Below, in pieces: positions 35,477 through 37,193 of a stretch of DNA of 37,193 nt. How positions within the stretch are numbered: the stretch's first letter is position 1; each line of letters starts with the position of its first letter. Origin of the DNA: Deltaproteobacteria bacterium (lineage in GTDB: Bacteria > Desulfobacterota > Binatia > UBA12015); the NCBI GenBank assembly GCA_046583355.1, contig JAYGCM010000086.1, positions 1-37,193 of the forward strand. Direction: 5' to 3'. Made by a program: the position numbers and the translations under genes. The notes under the pieces are model-generated. The model worked only from the letters and a program-made list of their open reading frames with translations. It did no database searches and was not told the DNA's origin.

Positions 35477-36427
35477 TCAGACGTAGAATTGCTTGACCCA
35501 TTGGCGGTATTCGCCAAGAAAGCCGTCTTCTTTGCAGAGGACCGGGCTTTTGCGATGGATCTTGCTGCTCCAGATCCGCAGGTCATCATCGACGCCCTTG
35601 ACGAGTTGGCGCTGGAAATCTTCGCCGATCAGATCGACGAGATTCTTGGTGACCGTGAGCATCCAGCGCGAAATCGTGACATTCGGCTCAATCGGGGTGG
35701 TTGAGGAGAAGAGCAGCAGGCCGGCATCGGGAATGCCGACGGTGCGCACCGTGCTCATACCGATGCCGAAGGACTCGCGTACCAGCGTGGTCTTGAAGGT
35801 CCCCATCGGTGTCTCGCGTTCGGTATGGCCGGTGAGTTTGTAGATGCGTCCGTCGGCCGAGTATTCGATGGGCTCGGTATCCATGACCTCGTTCATGCCA
35901 TGCACGACCTGGAAATGAACCGGGTCGTTGTTGTTCTCGTGGATGTCCTGGACGTGGATCGGAACTTCGATCTCTTCTTCGCGCGGCGTCGTCCAATCGG
36001 GGTGGCCGACTTCTTCGAGCACCGGCACCTCCCAGGAGGAGGGCTGTTTGTTTGCATGGTACCACACAAAGATGAAGCCGTTGCGCTCGCGCACCTCCCA
36101 AGCCCGCACGCGGGCCTTCTTGGGAATCTGCTCGCAGTAGGGAATTTTTGCGCAGACCCCGGTGGCGCCGGCATATTCCCAGGCGTGGTAGGGGCATTGG
36201 ATATTCTCGCCAACGACGCGGCCGCCCTCGCCGAGGTGCGCGCCGAGGTGGGGGCAATAGGCGTCGAGTACACGTGGCTCGCCCGAGCGGGTGCGGAAGA
36301 GCACGAGGTCTTCGCCGAAATAGTGGATCGACTTTACTTCGCCGTCGATCAATTGCCGACTCCATTCCACGGCGTACCAGCCGTTGGGAATCGCCAATTG
36401 TGTATGCTCGTCTTCGCGGCGGGCCAT
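35477..36427 (-). CDS. Rieske non-heme iron oxygenase (KshA/Neverland-like)
   Basis: PNGWY, DAYCPHLGAHL, CPYHAW (Rieske site); ENNNDPVHFQVVH (mononuclear Fe site); DLRIWSSK, YRQWVKQFY. Confidence 0.92.
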   Translation of the reverse strand: MARREDEHTQLAIPNGWYAVEWSRQLIDGEVKSIHYFGEDLVLFRTRSGEPRVLDAYCPHLGAHLGEGGRVVGENIQCPYHAWEYAGATGVCAKIPYCEQIPKKARVRAWEVRERNGFIFVWYHANKQPSSWEVPVLEEVGHPDWTTPREEEIEVPIHVQDIHENNNDPVHFQVVHGMNEVMDTEPIEYSADGRIYKLTGHTERETPMGTFKTTLVRESFGIGMSTVRTVGIPDAGLLLFSSTTPIEPNVTISRWMLTVTKNLVDLIGEDFQRQLVKGVDDDLRIWSSKIHRKSPVLCKEDGFLGEYRQWVKQFYV

Positions 36428-36431
36428 CGTT

Positions 36432-37073
36432 TTACTCCTTGTTTCGCTTGCCCGTGCTCAGCGTATCGCCGAGAAGGCGGGCCATCGCGCGGGCGCGTTT
36501 GCGGACGGGGTAGCCGTCCAGGTGGGTCCAACTGAACATCAGGGAATAAAAGGCCCCGATGATGAGTTCCGATTGGGTCTCGATATCATATCTGGTTTCG
36601 ACTTCGCCGCGCGCTACGCCATCGCGCACGACCTCGAGGAAGACCTCGCGCATCTGGCGGGCCTGGCCGGGGTGGTCGGCGTCGCTGCTGATGGCATGGA
36701 CAATTTCCGTGATGTACTCGCGGTGCATCGGCCCGGCCTCGGTGACGGAGTCGGCCACATGGTCAAAAAAGCGCAGCAGCCACGCGCGCAGGTCGACCGC
36801 CTCGGTGCGCAGGCTGGCGAGTTCGCGCACGAAGATCTCGATGGCCGCATGCGCCAATTCCTCGACCACATTTTGCTTGGTGGGGAAGTGGTTGAAGAAG
36901 GTCTTGGTGGCGACGTCGGCGTGTTCGGCGATCTCGGCCACCGTAGTCGCCGTGACGCCACGCTCCTCGAAGAGTTCCTTGGCCGCCTCAAGGATGCGGC
37001 CGCGCAGTTCGAGCTTGCGGCGTTCCCGCCGCGAGATCGCAGGCGGCTCATCAAGGGCTTCGGCAAGGTTCAC
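36432..37073 (-). CDS. TetR/AcrR family transcriptional regulator
   Basis: SRRERRKLELRGRILEAAKELFEERG..ATTVAEIAEHADVATKTFFNHFPTK. Start set at GTG 37073. Confidence 0.93.
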   Translation of the reverse strand: MNLAEALDEPPAISRRERRKLELRGRILEAAKELFEERGVTATTVAEIAEHADVATKTFFNHFPTKQNVVEELAHAAIEIFVRELASLRTEAVDLRAWLLRFFDHVADSVTEAGPMHREYITEIVHAISSDADHPGQARQMREVFLEVVRDGVARGEVETRYDIETQSELIIGAFYSLMFSWTHLDGYPVRKRARAMARLLGDTLSTGKRNKE

Positions 37074-37095
37074 GGTTCTGTGCAAATATCCAAGA

Positions 37096-37111
37096 TTGCA
37101 CTCTAGTGCAA
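37096..37111. promoter_or_regulatory. Palindromic putative TetR operator
   Basis: TTGCAC-TCTA-GTGCAA, 22 bp upstream of the TetR start. Confidence 0.65.
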
Positions 37112-37143
37112 GGATACATCTTTGTGTACTCAGTAGGTGATCA

Positions 37144-37166
37144 TAGAGGCGCGGCCGAAAAGTAGG
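37144..37166 (+). repeat. Family B copy
   Basis: TAGAGGCGCGGCCGAAAAGTAGG. Confidence 0.75.
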
Positions 37167-37193
37167 GCTTTGCACAGAGGGCGTCGATTGCGG

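Noticed and set aside
3015..37166. GCCGAAAA read as a sigma28 -10 element
   Set aside because: No TAAA -35 box at the proper spacing, and most copies lie at gene 3' ends or between convergent genes.

Overview
GC-rich bacterial chromosomal window with about 36 CDSs. I saw no rRNA, tRNA, CRISPR array, integrase or transposase. Gene content and the style of the Cys-rich secreted proteins suggest Candidatus Binatia or a related deltaproteobacteria-like lineage (inference only). Housekeeping loci: ffh-rpsP-khpA-rimM-trmD-SPOUT MTase-rplS, riboflavin synthase, gluQ, queE, dacB, and an Opp/Dpp ABC transporter lacking a local binding protein. Metabolic genes: esterase, WS/DGAT, SDR, LLM oxidoreductase, and a TetR-Rieske-amidohydrolase operon. 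The most notable locus is a canonical cobalamin riboswitch (13817-13963, minus) upstream of two secreted proteins with no transporter. One is a probable beta-propeller. The other is a 754-aa modular protein with a putative B12-binding-type domain, a dockerin-like module, two tandem Ig-like repeats, a Pro/Thr linker and a cohesin-like module, which makes it a candidate self-assembling extracellular corrinoid-capture system. Also found: two families of dispersed intergenic repeats, one of which supplies the TAG stop codon of four genes; a 55-aa ORF missing from the ORF track, with a sigma54-type promoter and an SsrA-tag-like tail; an AT-rich array of operator-like inverted repeats; and a possible shared C-terminal sorting motif on secreted proteins. 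All functional calls come from motif recognition by eye, not database searches.
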